Assembly (NCBI GenBank): GCA_965223005.1
Contig: CBDCVK010000008.1
Location: 160,001 to 224,000 of the forward strand
Reading direction: 5' to 3'
DNA length: 64,000 bases
Source of the DNA: Terriglobia bacterium
Lineage (GTDB): Bacteria; Acidobacteriota; Terriglobia; JAJPHL01; JAPKYU01
A program made the position numbers and the translations under genes. Below the pieces are notes generated by a model that did no database searches, was not told the DNA's origin, and saw nothing but the letters and a program-made list of their open reading frames with translations. Each line of letters begins with the position of its first letter. Within the stretch, counting starts at the first letter, position 1. Positions 62,421 through 64,000 of this stretch are shown here, one piece after another.

Positions 62421-63680
62421 TCAACGGCGCTCCAGGCGGGTCAGGTCTTCGTAGGTTTCGCGTTCCCGCACCACGCGAAAGGTCTTGCCACCCACCAGCA
62501 CTTCCGGGATACGGGGGCGCGAGTTGTAGTTGGAGGCCAGCGAGGCGACGTAGGCACCAGTGGTGAACACCGCCAGCAGCTCTCCGGGACGCGCAGCCGG
62601 GAGGTGGCGGTCCTGGGCGAAAAAGTCTCCGGTCTCGCACACCGGGCCAACCACGTCACTCACCAGTTCGCGGCGGGTGTTCTTCACGACTGGTCGGATT
62701 TCGTGGTAAGAGCCGTAGAGGGCGGGCCGCAGCAGGTCGTTCATCGCCGCATCCACGACAAGGAAATTTTTCTCCCCGTTGCGTTTTCGGTAGAGCACTC
62801 GGGTAAGCAAGACGCCGGCCTCTCCCACGATGGAGCGTCCCGGGGCCACAAGGATGTGATAGCGGTCGCGGCCTGCCGAGCGAATCAGTTCCACCACCCG
62901 GCGGGCAAATTCGGCCACGTCCGGACCGGTTTCCCCGAGCCGGTAAGGGACGCCCAGACCGCCGCCCAGATCCAGATAGCGAATGCCGAGCCCATGACGG
63001 CGTAGCCGTTCGGCCAGCTCCAGCAGCTTCTCCAGCGCCTCCAGGAACGGGGACACGTCCAGAATTTGCGAGCCGATGTGGCAGCTGATTCCGGCCACCT
63101 CCAGCGCGGCCAGTTTTGCGGCCCGCAGGTAGATGGCTTCGGCACGAGCAAACTCAACGCCAAACTTGTGCCGGCGCAGCCCGGTAGCGATGTAGGGATG
63201 GGTTGCCGCGTCCACGTCCGGGTTCACGCGCAGCCCGACCCTCGCCCGGCGCTTGGACTGCCGGGCGCGTCTCGCGAGTCGCTTCAGCTCGTCTTCCGAC
63301 TCGGCGTTAAACAGATGGATGCCCGCTTCCAGCGCCGCGTCCATCTCCGCCTCCGTCTTGCCGACGCCGGAGAAGACCACGCCGCGCGGATCGCCGCCGG
63401 CGCGCAGCACACGATGCAGCTCGCCCGCCGAGACGATGTCAAAGCCGGCGCCCAGCCGGGCCAACAGTGCAAGAACCGCCAGGTTGGAATTGGCCTTGAC
63501 CGAATAGCAGACACGATGAGGATAGTCGGCGAAGGCGCGGTCAAAGCGGCGAAAGTTGTGCTCGATGGCGGCGCGGCTGTACACATAGGCGGGCGTGCCC
63601 ACGGCTGCGGCAATTTGCTCGGCCGGCACGCCCTCGCAGTGGAGCCGGCCAGCGCGGTAAGGGAAGTGGGTCAGGCGCAT
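62421..63680 (-). CDS. lysA: Diaminopimelate decarboxylase
   Basis: GTPAYVYS, YSVKANSN, DIVSAGEL, KFG, CHIGSQI, LDLGGG, GPVCETGD, ASNYN. Confidence 0.96.
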   Translation of the reverse strand: MRLTHFPYRAGRLHCEGVPAEQIAAAVGTPAYVYSRAAIEHNFRRFDRAFADYPHRVCYSVKANSNLAVLALLARLGAGFDIVSAGELHRVLRAGGDPRGVVFSGVGKTEAEMDAALEAGIHLFNAESEDELKRLARRARQSKRRARVGLRVNPDVDAATHPYIATGLRRHKFGVEFARAEAIYLRAAKLAALEVAGISCHIGSQILDVSPFLEALEKLLELAERLRRHGLGIRYLDLGGGLGVPYRLGETGPDVAEFARRVVELIRSAGRDRYHILVAPGRSIVGEAGVLLTRVLYRKRNGEKNFLVVDAAMNDLLRPALYGSYHEIRPVVKNTRRELVSDVVGPVCETGDFFAQDRHLPAARPGELLAVFTTGAYVASLASNYNSRPRIPEVLVGGKTFRVVRERETYEDLTRLERR

Positions 63681-64000
63681 GGGGCCGCTCCCTCGGGGTT
63701 GTTCTCGCCGACCTTCAGCACGACCACGGTGCGGTCGTCTGCCGGCTCCTGCCACGCCGCCCAGCGGTGCGCCTCCTCGAAAATTCTCTCCACCAGTTCC
63801 TCGGCGCTTGCTGTGCAATAACGGCAGACCAGCTCCTGGAGACGGTGCCGACCGAATTCCTCGCCGGCGCGGTTCAGGTTCTCCGTGATGCCGTCGGAGT
63901 AAAAGACGGCGATATCGCCGGGGCGCAACTGGAACGCGTCCGCCTGATACTCGACATTCTCCAGCAGTCCCAGCGGCACGCCCTCCACGCGGACCGGCAG
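63671..64000 (-). CDS. PP2C/SpoIIE (RsbU-like) phosphatase, C-terminal part; runs off the window
   Basis: GVPLGL, FYSDGITE..N..GEEFG..RL, DDRTVVVLK. Confidence 0.88.
   Translation of the reverse strand: MPVRVEGVPLGLLENVEYQADAFQLRPGDIAVFYSDGITENLNRAGEEFGRHRLQELVCRYCTASAEELVERIFEEAHRWAAWQEPADDRTVVVLKVGENNPEGAAPCA

Overview
GC-rich bacterial chromosomal segment, very probably from Acidobacteriota (Bryobacterales/Solibacter-like, based on the 16S sequence, TIGR03437-type C-terminal domains and an Oar-type TonB receptor). From left to right: two paralogous secreted proteins (BACON repeats, or SBBP beta-propeller plus BACON) sharing a C-terminal TIGR03437-like module; a stand-alone 16S rRNA gene with its own promoter, boxA, processing stem and terminator but no tRNA/23S/5S; lacD; DegT and a methyltransferase; cpsB-like phosphatase; tgpA-like transglutaminase; a rimO-yacG-pgpA-(IPT/SMP-30)-cinA-thpR run; two GGDEF genes, each preceded by a paralogous unannotated ~57-aa ORF and conserved leader; a CHASE2-cyclase/FecR-like pair divergent from a secreted caspase-TPR gene and a TonB receptor; a BNR-repeat protein and M20 peptidase; a his operon (no hisE) with a His-rich leader attenuator; an unannotated HMA/MerP-like selenoprotein (GMT-UGA-xxC plus SECIS-like hairpin); an archaeal-type iRadA/small helical partner/PolB2 cassette; LysR-leuA-leuB; a ZnuD-like TonB receptor; a secreted kinase-like gene with a 195-bp exact duplication, divergent from NTT-HEAT and cNMP genes; a spermidine-synthase-like membrane protein; lysA; and a partial PP2C phosphatase. 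Six single-base indels break three accessory genes and may be long-read errors. All family assignments come from motif recognition by eye; no database search was run.
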